From Podospora anserina (lineage: Eukaryota): a stretch of DNA of 64,000 bases. Made by a program: the position numbers and the translations under genes. The notes beneath the pieces were generated by a model, which searched no databases, was not told the origin of the DNA, and saw only the letters and a program-made list of their open reading frames with translations. Where the stretch lies: the NCBI GenBank assembly GCA_017654855.1, contig CM030336.1:1798001-1862000 (forward strand). Reading direction: 5' to 3'. Shown here piece by piece: positions 51,589 to 64,000 of this stretch (the first letter of the stretch is position 1; every line of letters begins with the position of its first letter).

Positions 51589-52358
51589 CACCGGCGTTGC
51601 GAGCTATTGAGTGCGAGCGGGTCACATTCTCCAGTGCATTTGGCATTGAAACATCACCATTGCAGGGGGGAGCCCAACCCTCACAACGACAAACTGTGGG
51701 CTGATTTGTATGATTGTGAGTACCCATGGCCACACCGTCCCGCGCAGGATACTTACTAATTGTTTTTCCAGTTGGAATCTCCAGAATCAGCACGGAGGAG
51801 GCGAGACCAATGGAGAACAAGACACTTCTAATACCCGGCGATGATAGGTGGATATATTGTCCAGCTGGCTGTTTTCCACCAACTTCACTGCCTGGTATGA
51901 TTAGTGATTCTCTTATTCTTAGTCTTGAATCTTGATCGCTCGGGACTGGTTTCGCTGACATGCGGCAACAGAACATGATACGAAAGGGCATCTATCGTGG
52001 GTTGACAAGCCAAAACACGGATGAGTCGATGGGGATTGAGCACATAGATCACTGCATTGATATGCTACGCCAAAGCATTATGGTTAGTTGCAACCATCGA
52101 CCCCTCAACCTTCTGGATATCTAGGTATCTAACATGGCGACCCCTCCTCGGTGTAGTAGCGACGTCACCCCCACCACTTTTGCTCGGATGTCACTAAACA
52201 CTCCCACGAAGGTCGTTGCCGAAGTCGTTCACACATGTCGTAGTTTTTCCAAGATTCAGCAATGGGCTTGGAACAGGCGACTTATGCACAAGGTGGACAA
52301 GGATACTGTCGTCAAGGATGATCCTCTCGGCTGGGGGACGTATACTTACACCCCGTGA
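51589..52358 (+). pseudogene. UstYa/DUF3328 oxidase homolog 1, frameshifted
   Basis: Spliced reconstruction: QGEPNPHNDKLWADL, GYIVQLAVFHQLHCL|NMIRK, HIDHCIDMLRQSIM, SDVTP and HTCRSFSKIQQWA; frameshifts at about 51665 and 51847. Confidence 0.85.
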
Positions 52359-52999
52359 AGGAAGCACATGCGTGGGTCTTTTACGAGGGTTCAGGGATAC
52401 AACCAGTCAAGGTATGTGTTTTTGTGGAAACACTGCTGCGGTAGCTACGTGGCGTGAATTTGTTAAGCTTGCAGATTCATTTTCGATGACAAAAACACAG
52501 CCATGGAGCCCTTCCCCCCCCCCCCCAAGGCTTGGTTTTCAAAAGTGTCACCTGAACTGGGTGGGCTGCATTCTACACAGCACGCCGAATAACATGTGCT
52601 TCTCGAAACCAGCATGTCAGGGATTCTCGAACACCTGCCCAGGCAGCTGGGCATAGTAAGTGCCTGGTTGCATGATTCTTCAGCACCGTTCGGCAAGCCC
52701 CGAGACAGCTACATATTGACCACCCCAGGGGCGGAGAGAGTCACCCATGACATGGACTAAGGTATGGAATAAACCGTTGTCTTGGGCGGGACCAACGGGT
52801 ATAACACATGCCTGGACACATGGCTGAGTCGTTGGGGGCAGTTTCCAACTTGTAAGGATTGAGGTTAGGTACCTACCATGAGTGAAACTGGGATTCCAAA
52901 GTCCGGTTACCAATCCTTTCAACATGCATTCTTCCTCGTCTCAATTCGCACAGCTATCACCCACCACGCACGCTAACAACATTGTTATTTCTGAATACT

Positions 53000-53602
53000 A
53001 ATAAAGGTGTAGATCCGTTGTCGGACCTAAGAGGTCGCCCATGAGGTTTGATGCTAAGCTGGGGGAGCCGTTTGTTTTCAAGGGACAACCCCGGGAAGAG
53101 CTCGATAATATGTGGGACTCTCCGGTTGACCGTACGTACTCAAGTGCCCTAAACACCAAGTTAGCAATGTGAGCATGCTGATGCGAAGCTCGCAGAACCA
53201 ATGATCTTGGTGAACAACGAAACACTTCAGGCGTTCGACCCAACATCCAAGCCTACGAAAAGCGCAAATGGGCACTACTACGCCCCGGTGGAGGTTTTTC
53301 CATCAGCTCCACTGCTTGAATATATCACCCGAAAGTTCATTTGGAGAAATCACTATCAGCATGTCGATACTTTCCAGGATCCGCCTGAAATGACCTGGGA
53401 ACATGTTGATCGCTGCATCGATCTTCTTCGCCAGGTGCTCATGTGCCATGCCGATACTGGCCTTATCTTCTACACAGACCACGGGGATGCCCAGCCTGAG
53501 GCACGTGTATCTACAGTTCACATGTGTCGCAATTTCTCTCGTATCGTCAATTGGGTCAACGAGCACGACTCCTCGCTCGAGATATTTGCTGAGATTCTTT
53601 GA
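53000..53602 (+). pseudogene. UstYa/DUF3328 oxidase homolog 2, active-site motifs destroyed
   Basis: FKGQPREELDNMWD, an out-of-frame HQLHCL, HVDRCIDLLRQVLMCHAD and HMCRNFSRIVNW. Confidence 0.82.
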
Positions 53603-54821
53603 GGGCCAGGTGATCGGGGGAACATGTAGATAATTAGGTACTGTTAGAAACTGCTTATCCACGGCGGTCGAGAAGAGAAAGGCAATGTATCTAGTAACTA
53701 GAACAATGGGTGATTTTAGCATTATATCCTAAAATAAAGATTAAGCATATGATGGATGACATGTGGTATCCTGCCATGACAATGTCAGTAGCAAAACACA
53801 AAGATTAGTTGGGTAACTAGGCTCAACACCAAACGGCCTGTAGAAAGGAGCTTCGGGAAGAGGTCCCGTACCATCATATTGGAGTGTAGGGAACTGAATA
53901 AAGCCTGGACACAAGTACGAATAGATTTCAGGTTCTTTTCCAAGTATGGCTTTTATATGAATATTTTTAGGTAGACCTCACAAGCATCACAGGCACCACA
54001 ACCACCACAATCATCACGAACATCACATACTAATCAACATCATATATAAACAGAATCAACGAGTATCATAGCAACAGGGTATCTCCCTAATGTATTTATA
54101 CTCCCATCGATACTCCTCATATCACTTCAACCTTTTCCTTCCCTCCCGTCTATCCCACACACCCAATCAATCACTCCTCAGAATATAGCTTCCGCCTGCA
54201 AAAACACCAAACCGCCCCTCATCCCCTTAACGTTGTTGCCTGCTGCCTGCTCAACATACAACTTGAACAACACCACACAACCCCTCCCCCCTCGCTACCA
54301 ATAAAAACTTGAAGAATTAAGATATACACAATAGTAATAGTACAAGACTATTATCTCAAAGTAGAATCAGAAAGGAAGAACCGAACAGAAAAAGAAACCA
54401 GCTGTGAACAAAAATTGGGCCGCCCCTGGAAAAAAAAAAAAAGTCGAATAGAAGAACACCGGGGCCGCGAAAGAAAAAGAACCGAAGAAACAGGTGAGGT
54501 AGCCGTGGCTCCATCATACGCCAGCTCCAAGGTATAAACGCCTGATGGCTTGACGGAAAAAAAAGAAAAAAAAAGAAAAAAAAGACAAAACGCTGCCTCT
54601 GGGTAAACAAGGTTGAGGAAGGTGTTCGATACCCGCATTGTTTCATGACTGCGTTGGAAGTGTACGTTGTTGGGTTGGCGTATAAAGGGTTGCAAATATA
54701 TGTACGTTGGTCTTTGCTTCGCCTTGTTGTAGTGTGCCCGGTCGTGAAAAAAGTGTCGTCTGTCTCATATGTACTGCCCACATGCCCAGAAAGAAAAGGA
54801 AACAAAAGCCGTGGTCACAGA

Positions 54822-57085
54822 TCAGGCTTTGCCAGCATCCCTGACGGCCCGCATCCACCTCTCCTCTTCACCGTTGCCGCCAACAACACGAGGTGCCTTT
54901 TGTTCTGATGAAAGGTTCAGCGTGGCCTGGACGTCCGCCATGTTCTTAGCACTGAGGAGCGTCATCTCATTTCTGAGGAGATAGGCCACGCCGGCACGGA
55001 TCATGATGGCATCGCCTTCAAAGACATAAACATCCCATAGCCGAGTGGCCTCGTCCAAGGCGAGCTGGCGGGTGAAAAGGGAGGTGAAGATTTCGGAAAG
55101 GTAGGCATCCGGGCTGTGGTCAGGGAGGTTCGTCAGATGGTCGCAGAGGTTGGGTGCCTTCTGGGCCAGAGTCTGCAGCAACAGGTTGTAGGCAGACGAC
55201 TTGGCCCCGGCGTCAGATGCATAAAAGCTGAGTGGCAGGCCCCGATTAAGGACGTTGGCAAGTGCAATGAAGGCATCAACTGGGGTTGGGAGGTTGAGAA
55301 GCAAAAGTGCCGCGATGGTCTGTTTTGTGGTTAGCATGAGCCAAAAAGAACAAGAACCGGTAAGCAACTCACGTTACACCCAGACACGTAGCCAATGTCA
55401 CTGCGGTACATGGAATAAGCCTTCAACACATCGACCAAGCTCTGGTTGAGCGGGCCTCCAGGCTGGAAGATGCGAAGGTCTGGCCATGTTCGGTCCTGGA
55501 CGTCGCTTCTGATCAAGTCAAACCAGCCAACCGCACGGGTATCTTCCATGCTGGCATGTCCAGACTTTGTCTTTGCTTCGGCGTCACGGGCACGGCTCAA
55601 TGCAGCGTCAAAAGATGTCTTGGTCAGGCCCAAATCATTGCCAATCGCCCTGGTCCATACGGCTCCTCGACTCCGTGGTGCGATTCCTCGCCACCACATA
55701 TCCCTCGTCCTGCGCTCGCGAACAGCCTCGTTCCACCGGGGCAAAATATCACGTTCCCAAATCGCCATCATGCTGTTTGCTGCGATATCACGGCACTCTG
55801 AGCGAACACGCTTCGCATCTTCCCGACGCCTCTCGGCCTCCTGGCTTTGGGCCATCATCTTCTGGTACTCCTTCAGGTGCCTGCGCTCCTCGGCAGGATC
55901 CTTGGGGGGAAGCCAAGATGGGCGGGTGCGGGACAGGACGGCCTCTTTTTCTTTGGAAATGGGTAATGGATCAATCATGATGTTGGATTTGCGGAGAGGG
56001 GGCAGTTCGGCAAATGCGGACTTGACTCTGGGCTTCGCATCCGTCTCGGAGAGCCTTCTGGGGGTAGGCATCGAGCCTGTGCTAGACCGTTGAGCTCTGT
56101 GCTCCAAATCCTCGGCATGCTCCTCAAGCTTCTCTGTGAGGGCCTTGGCGTCGGGGTTCAAGTCGTTCAAAACCGAGTTCCAGCTCTTGGATCTCGTTGC
56201 CACAGGGCTCGTCACCCTGCTGGAGGCGGCGGAACTGAGCGTGGAGAGGGCAGATTCGGATTTCCACATGGGGGATCGGAGGCAGCCTTGGGCCACGGCA
56301 ACCGGAGGTGTACCATTTCCGACACTGCGCACTCTCTCCTTGGGAGTTCGCTCTGGGGATGGCGTTTTTGACGAGGGCTGGCTTTTGGTGCGCTCACTGG
56401 GCGGCCTGGGCGAAAGGGGAACGTTGTCCAGAACAAGGCCGTCGGGAATGTCGTCTCCGTCATCCTCGTCGCACTCCAGCTCGAGTTCCATGGCCGACTT
56501 GCGCTCTCGGCTGGACTGCCAGCTGCTTCGTCGTGGCTTCGGAGCAAGGTTGGTGTCTCGTGGGGCGAGTGTGAACCCACCTGGACTGGGGCTTCTGTGC
56601 CGCGCAGTCAAGCTCAAAGCAGGACGCAGAGCGAGGTTGCGCATTGGCAGTGGGCTGGTTTGCGGTTCCGGCAAAGGCCCAAGGCTGTTCACGCGGCCAT
56701 TGACAGCTCGCAGGCTGGAGCTCTGCAGTGGAGCGATACTGGGGCGCGATTTGACCGAAGAGGCGGAATCCCGCTTTGAGCGTGTCCTGGAGGATTCGCG
56801 AGAGCTCTGGAGTCGTGGCGTAGAAGCCGACATGGGCCGCTTCGTAACGGATCGCGAATCGTAGGGATTTGTAATGCTCTTGGGGTCGGATAACCGTCGA
56901 GGATCGATTTGGCCGTCATCGAGCCCAATTTCTTCAAAGTGACTAACATCGGCAAGCACACTGCAGTCGTCCGAGGCAATGGAGCTGAGGGAGGAGGATT
57001 TCGAGGATTTGGAGGCCGTCATGCCCGGAGGCGAACCTGGACCGGGCAGGACGGCATCATGAACGGGTCTCTCATAGATCATCAT
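54822..57085 (-). CDS. TBC (Rab-GAP) domain protein with long disordered N-terminus; intron about 55372-55320
   Basis: RTRPSWLPPKDPAEERRH, WWRGIAPRSRGAVW, LKAYSMYRSDIGYVSG and RLWDVYVFEGD motifs. Confidence 0.9.
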
Positions 57086-59639
57086 CTTGGCATGATCCAC
57101 CAACAAGACCGATGTCGATATGCGAATTGGAAGGTTTTATTGTTTGGTTTCCTGAAGTCGAGAATATGGATGCGACGGGAAGCGTCGCAGTGCAGTCGTT
57201 TCGGAGCCAACCGCTGGATTGACGATATGGCGCACGGCGTCTGAGCGGCAAACCCCTGAAATGCCGAGTAGATGTCTCACGATAGGGTTTGGGTCGAAGA
57301 GCGATTGGGCGACGGGAACAAACAAACGTGGCGCGCGACTCGGCTCGCAACAAAAAGCAGCAGCTGGTGATATATTAACTACTCCGGTACGCAGGATGCT
57401 GTGAACGATTGATTTTCTTCGTATTATGCTGCGGGCGGCTGCAATAACTATTATGTAGCGAATGTCGTGGTTGTGTGGTGTGGTGTGGTGTGGTGCTATG
57501 GTGGTGGCTGGTGTGGGTGTGAGATGAACGAGTGTCTGGCCGACGTCGAGGAGACGGACGGGCCTATTGTTTGTTAAAGAAGGGGGGAAAAAGAGCGACG
57601 TGTCGAGGGAATCTGGAATCAGGAATCAGGAAATCAGGATGGAGAGAAGGAAAAAAACGAGTCAAGATGCGGTGGGCGATGGGCGCGCAAATGACGAAGA
57701 AACTAACGGCGCAAGCGAGAAGGGGGTAAGAAAGCGCGGGTCCGGAAATCAGACCTGGCATCAAATGTGGGGCACAGCCTATGAAAAGCTGCCGCCAGCA
57801 TCTCCCAAGATGAGCTAAAACCAAGGCACAAAGGGAAGCCAGGAACCGGTATCTCGATTGAGAGAGTCGTGATATCAGATGCAGACATTTCCCTGTGTTG
57901 TTAGAGATAAGCGTGGAAATGCTCCAATCCGGTTGCGGCCGCCATCTGATATCATTCTCCATCCGTCCATCCTTCCGGCCATGGTGGACAAAAACACCGG
58001 CCACGGTTAATACCCAACGGTACAAGCTGAACAGGCGACGGTGCCCCCGCCAGTAAAGTCATGACTTGTACTGCCTCCCCGGAACAACGTACCCAGACCA
58101 GGCCCATGCAGAGCCACTTGTGCACTCCCGATTCATGAAGATATTCGGAGTCAGTCAGCGGCCTGCTCTGTTCCCTCCCCACCAACAAGGCCACCGACAG
58201 CAGAGGTTGTGAAACAGGTGTGGGAGCAACGGCGAGGTGCGGAAACACTGTGGCTTGCAGCTTCACCACTCTGCCCGCGGGCCGGCTGTGGCGTCCGGAT
58301 GCTCTCCATGAGGGAACACCCTCATTTCTCACCCCCAATCTCGATGCATTTCCCACTCTGTAGAAAATGTAGAAAAAGTGGACTGCAACTTCGTCAACAG
58401 AAATGCACCTTGAATATCTCCATTTTGCTTTTCTTCTTTGTTTTTTTTTTCTTTTTTTCTCATCGTTCTAGAATTGTGAGATGGAGCAATCGATCGGGGC
58501 CTGGAAATGAAGGAGGGGCGTGCCTAATCTCAGGACAGGGCCTGTGGCGGGGAAGACGTTGTTTGGGGATTCGGTGGTTTTATGCCACCGCCAGGCACAG
58601 CACCACAGAAACATCGCGCATAAACCGCAACGCCTTTCCACATTCCAGGGTCCTCCTCCATCTCCAACTCCCCGCGTCTCACGGTTGGCAACTTACATGT
58701 CGCACAGTAGGCCGGTCGGTTCGGTTGAGGTTGATGATCCTCGGGAGCTGATCTCGGGGGAGCAACCCGGGATTGCTGCGGTAGCAAGCAAACGGATCTC
58801 GCCGGTAACACCGTCTCGCCCACGATATCCACACTTCGGGCCCCGATTATTTTCAGCTCCTTTTGAGTTTGGCCACTGTTTCGCTCCACCGGCTTCAGCT
58901 GCTTTTACCAGTCGAAGGTCCTTCTCCACGATGGCTTCATGCAACGTTTGTCTGGTGTCACTCTGAAAAAGACGTTTTATATCAACGTCCCTTTTCTCAT
59001 TTCTTTTTCACCTTTTCCTTTTTGCCAGCCCTATCGTGTCACCGTTTTCTTGCAACCAAGCAAAGTTGCTGATTTTGCAAAACTTAGCTCCCGGCTGGGC
59101 AAGCGGCATTACTCTAGAGAACCCACTGCTAGCTCTTGGCGACAATGACGGCTTCATCCACGAAGCATCTTCTGAACAAAGCTGTCAGGCATAACTGACT
59201 TGGTAGTTATCTAAGCTAAGTGTCGGCAGGTGTTGGACTGGCCACTGGATGCTATTTCCAAAGTCCCTTGGTTTTACCTATCTGAAGGCACATAGCCTAC
59301 TTCTCGACTCTTTGCTGTCTTGATCTTACTGGAGCCCCTGAACCCGCCATGAGCAGAACAAAAGTAGCGGAGACTATTGCTCCTGCATGGACCCAACGAC
59401 GTCACAAGATGATATGGGATCAGAGGAACAGTGTAGAGGAAGGAGCAACCCTTTGTCTGTTTGCCAGGTCACCGAGTGGCCCCGTGATGCTCTTCGGTTG
59501 AGTCGCTCCAAGGCCCCATCTCAAAAGATGGTCGACCAGCTTCCTCCTGGCTATTCAAGCCATGACTTTTCCTCTCCTCAACGATTTGCCCTCCAGAAAC
59601 ACAACCAGCCCATCCAACACCTGCAGAGCAAACCTCAAG

Positions 59640-60267
59640 ATGTTCGCCTCTGTCAACACGCTTGCCATCGGGCTCTTCGCCCTCACCACCTCCTTGACCA
59701 GCGCTCAAGGAGGCCCGGGCTTCGAGAAATTCCACGACTTTTCCAAGACCTGCACCAACATCACCCTTGATGGTTACGGTCTTTCAGCTGACTGCACACC
59801 CCTTGACCCCTCCAAGCCTTTGGTCAAAAACCCCGTTACCGTGCTGGACTTCTGCGTTGGTTTCAACGACATCACTATGAAGCTCGCGGCCTCCATATAT
59901 GGCAAGCTCAGCAGAGACTGCGACAAGTGCATCCTGACTGCCGATCCTGGGGCTATTCTGCAGTGCGAGTGCGAGTTCTGGGACACGAACGAGGAGAAGT
60001 ACGCGATCAAGAATGTGACAGGGGATCTGGGTAAGTTGTTATTTTCCCTCTCTTCCAGACCTTGAATCGTGAAGACACTCACGACCAAAGGTTGCTAACA
60101 AAGTAAACTTACAACAGACACTGTCTTCACCAACTATGACGGTACTATGTCATGCGTCGGGACTGAAACAGAGAGCACACCCGACGACTGGACCACTACT
60201 CTTACACCCACCGCCTTCCCCACGACTTTTGCTACCTCGACTACTGAAATCAGCACCCAGTCGAAAT
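59640..60267 (+). CDS. Secreted cyanovirin-N homolog (CVNH) lectin with Thr-rich tail; intron about 60030-60117
   Basis: Signal peptide; FSKTCTNITL..LSADC, LDFCVG, LSRDCDKC..LQCEC and DL|DTVFTNYDGTMSC. Confidence 0.75.
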
Positions 60268-62065
60268 GAGATGGATTCGGGCATTTGGAAACAAGGGGGC
60301 AAAGTTCGGCTGTGCTGGACTCACATCAACCAGACTGGCTTTGGTGCCTAGGTAGGTAGTTAGGTCTGTAACTGGTACTTGGTCAGCAAGATGCAGTGTC
60401 TTGCTTTCTCTCGTCATCCACAATTCAACAGTAGGTTGGCATCCGGGTGTCTGGCTCCTGTGAATCGACTTCACCATTGTGAAGATAACAGCGTTCAGGC
60501 AATCACCGGAAACCCAACCCATCCTTTTCACACAGGCCTTTATTTCCCCTTCACCTTCCCTGTCACTTACATCCCTCCACGTCTACCTGAGTATGCCCTT
60601 TCATATCCAACCAAACACTGAACCTCAAGTGCCAGGCATGACGACAGACCCCCCATTTATCAACAACAACGAACCAACCCCCTTTCCAGCCCAGAACAGT
60701 CTAAATAACAACCGGCAGACTAATTGCCATACAAGCTGTGCCACATACCCCAAACACGCGCACCAAAAGACTCCCACCCCCAATCACCAAACCAACCGAC
60801 AAGACCGGACCCTCGGTGTTGCTAAAGTTCTCCGTTCCTTGGCCAATTTTCTACTTCACTCCTTCCCACCTTGGTTCCGAAATCTCGGACTTCTCTTCGG
60901 TGATTTGGGTTTTTTGACGCATGGTTGACTTCTTAGCTGACTGTCCATACGTACTCGGAAATAATGTTCCCAGCCCCAAAACTCAAATCCCACAACCTCT
61001 ACCTGCTTCGCAAAAAACACCATAGTGCAATAAACTACTATAAATAAAAGCTCCTAATTGTTCCTCAACATACCTAAATTTACATACCCCATCCCCTGTA
61101 AAGTGCCCTTATTCCAGCCACACCCAAGCAGTTCCAGCTAACAGTCATGACTTCACCAACGTAACCCCAATCCTGAAGAAGAAACATCGTGACCCATCCC
61201 GGACTCAAGGTATAAAAGGTTCAGCGCTCCCCCAACAGATAAGGTTTCTCTTTCTTTAAATACCTGGCATGCAAAAGTTTCCAAGTTTCCTGCTTGTATC
61301 CCCCAAAAAGGTTCCCGGAACGGACGGAGTAAGTTACTCGCATGAACGTCCCACATTTGCCCTTTCCCCGCACTCGACACATCCTTAACCTGCTTCCCCC
61401 AACACCACTTCCTTGAATTCTTATACCAGGTTTTGGGACATTATAACCCATACCATCTCGTTGGTTTCTAACAGCCTCACCTCACACATATCACTTCACA
61501 GTTTAACACAATTATTTTACGTTCAAAATATTTCTCATTAACTCCCCTCATTATATAACCCCCGTCTCGTGTCTAATCATCTATTTATTTTGTCTTGCCA
61601 GACTCTCCTTGTCTTTTTGGACGATTTTGCTTCTTGCCTTGTCACGCGCTTCCCGCCAGACCAAATAAACAGAATAGCATAAATCACCGCTATCAACAGT
61701 CGAGTCAAACGAGAAACGCCGTCCTTTGCCTGAAGCGCCGCCACTCAACCCCGTTCCAGCACAGCGTGGGAACTTTTTGAAAGCCAAAAACGAGAAAAAA
61801 TAAAACTCCGAGTCGGTCCCAACAAAAAGTCATTGGGATAATGCTTGGTGTCCGCTCAGGCTGGTCCAGTCCAGGAAAGAGGGGCGTAGAGATGTTGCGT
61901 TTGGCCTGAAAGCAATGGAACACCTCGCTAGGTACGGCGTGGAAGGGCCGGGAATGATGATAATATATACAGGAGCTCCCCTCTTTTACAACTCCGAGTC
62001 ATGGCTGAAGGATCGGGGTAGAGAGAGCAGTAACTTTAGTTGAGTTCCCCATCAACCATACTCAC

Positions 62066-63566
62066 TCACTTGGCAACAGGAGCGGCAATCTTCGCAGGCG
62101 CGGTACCGAGACCGTTGCGGTTGCGGAAGAAGAGAACACCCTTGGCGGGACCCTCGGCACCCTCGGTGGGCTCAACCCACTGGCACCAACGAGCAGCCTT
62201 CCACATGGACTTGATGAAGCCAACGGGGCCGTCCTTGACATCGGCGCGGTAGTGCTTGCCCATGACGGGCTTGATGGCTTCGGTGGCCTCGTCGGCGTTG
62301 TAGAAGGGGATGGTGCTGACGTAATGGTGGAGGACGTGGGTCTCGATGATGCCGTGGAGGAGGTGGCGGCCGATGAAGCCAAACTCACGGTCGATAGTGG
62401 CGGCGGCGCCCTTGACAAAGTCCCACTCCTCCTCGGTGTAGTGGGGAAGCGAGGGGTCGGTGTGCTGGAGGAAGGTGATGGCAACTGTTGCTTCGTTAGC
62501 ACAAAATTCCCTTTCTGGTCCACGATTCGAGATCAAACTTACCGAGCCAGTGGTTGACCCACATGTAGGGGAGGAAGTACCAGACAAACATGTTGGCGGT
62601 GCCGAACTGCTTGCAGAGGTACACCAGAATGGAGATGGTGCAGGCAATACCAATGTCGCTCATGATGATAGCCCAGGCATCACGGTTCTCATACAGAGGG
62701 CTGCGGGGATCAAAATGGTTGACCCCGCCGCCGAAACCGTTCTTCTTGCCCTTGCCACGGCCCTCTCTGTGCCTCTCGTGGTTGTTGTGTCCGGTAACGT
62801 TGGTGAGGAGGTAGTTCCACCAGCCGATGGTCTGCTGGCCAACCAAGTGGATCAAAGTAACGATGGGAGTCTCCTCGGCGAGCTCATGAAGCTCATGGAC
62901 CATCTTGCCGAGGCGGGTGGCCTGCTGCTCGCGGGTGCGGGGAAGGAAAACCATGTCGCGCTCCATGTTGCCGGTGGCCTTGTGGTGCTTGCTGTGGCTC
63001 AGCTGCCAGCTGTAGTAGGGGACCAAGAGAGCAGAGTGAAGGAACCAGCCGGTCACGTTGCAGACAGTCTTGGAAGCGGAGAAGGCACCGTGGCCGCACT
63101 CGTGGGCAAGGACCCAGATGCCGGTACCGAAGAGACCCTGGAGGAAAGTGTAGACACCCCAGAGGACCACGCGGGCAGCCTTGTTGGGGACGTACTCGGG
63201 GGTCACAAAGTTGTGCCAGAGGTAGAAGGTGGTGGCCAAAAGAGCAATGTCACGGGCGACATAGCTGAAGCTGCGGACGTTGGACCGCTCGAAGCAGTGC
63301 TTGGGAATGGCATCGCGGATCTCCTTGATGGTGAAGTCGGGGACCTCGAACTCGTTTCCGTAAGTGTCGATGAGCTTGCCGTAATTCTTCTTGGGAGCCG
63401 GGGCGTCAGTCGAGGCAAGAGACGAAAGCGAAGTGGACGAGGCCGAGTGACGGGGAGAATCGGCGGGGGAGGGAGCGTAGCTCGAGACGGCCGAGTCGCC
63501 GTTGATAGCCTTTCTTTGAGAGGCGTTCTTCTCGGCAGCAACGCCGGAAGACTTTCCAACAGCCAT
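62066..63566 (-). CDS. Delta-12 fatty acid desaturase (FAD2/OdeA-like); intron about 62542-62486
   Basis: His boxes HECGH, HSKHH and HVLHH; N-terminal PDFTIKEIRDAIPKHCFERS. Confidence 0.95.
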
Positions 63567-64000
63567 GGTGAGGGATGTCGCACGAGTAATTGGACGAATT
63601 GGAGAAGATGGACGCTGAGGAAAAACAGCTCCGGGTAGTACACCGTGTGCAAGAACAGCAGCAACGGGCGGAAGGGAGAGAGGGAAAAAAAAAGGAAGGG
63701 TCTGGGGCACGGGTGTTGTTAGTACGGCCGGATGGTTGATTTAGGATAGCGTCAGGTAGAGAAGGTGCCACGAACCGTTCCAAAAAAAAAAAAAAACAGA
63801 ACCCGATCGGCCACACAGAGAGGGAAAAGAGAGGATTAGGAAGGCCAGGAGAGGAAGAGAAAAAAGAAGTCCCTTCTCGGTCCGGAAATTTTCGTGTGTG
63901 TGCGGCGGTTCGGTCTCCTTATCCGTGGGTCGATATGTCTGATTTTGTTGGGACACCGCTGCAACAGAAGGACCACCCGGCACAAGTCGATACAGAATAT

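Noticed and set aside
52380..52930. Short ORFs between the two UstYa relics
   Set aside because: No motif or consistent exon structure that I could support.
62460..63638. 392-aa ORF antisense to the desaturase
   Set aside because: Shadow ORF produced by codon bias of the real gene; no recognisable motifs.

Overview
Eukaryotic DNA from a filamentous ascomycete, probably a Sordariales fungus such as Podospora. This is inferred from short GT..CTRAC..YAG introns, RIP-scarred transposons and the gene families present. The window alternates between intact genes and decayed accessory islands. The intact genes are a HET-domain protein, MFS transporter, Rossmann-fold protein, Clr5-domain protein, DUF3632 protein, GPI-anchored RNase T1-like protein, peroxisomal acyl-CoA dehydrogenase, IRE1, HEL2/ZNF598, DEK-C/SWIB protein, FAD monooxygenase, PTH11-like membrane protein, DUF1996 protein, an orphan SNF2 ATPase, TBC Rab-GAP, CVNH lectin and delta-12 desaturase. 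The islands are: (i) 1-4.6 kb, kinase-ankyrin, pseudokinase and ankyrin pseudogenes beside the HET gene; (ii) 10-13 kb, a RIPped Fot1/pogo transposon carrying a solo LTR, apparently inside an intron of an unnamed pseudogene; (iii) 48.7-53.6 kb, a second decayed member of that same unnamed family, a phosphotransferase fragment, and two dead UstYa/DUF3328 oxidase genes that may be a relic RiPP cluster. Family assignments come from motif recognition only; no database search was run.
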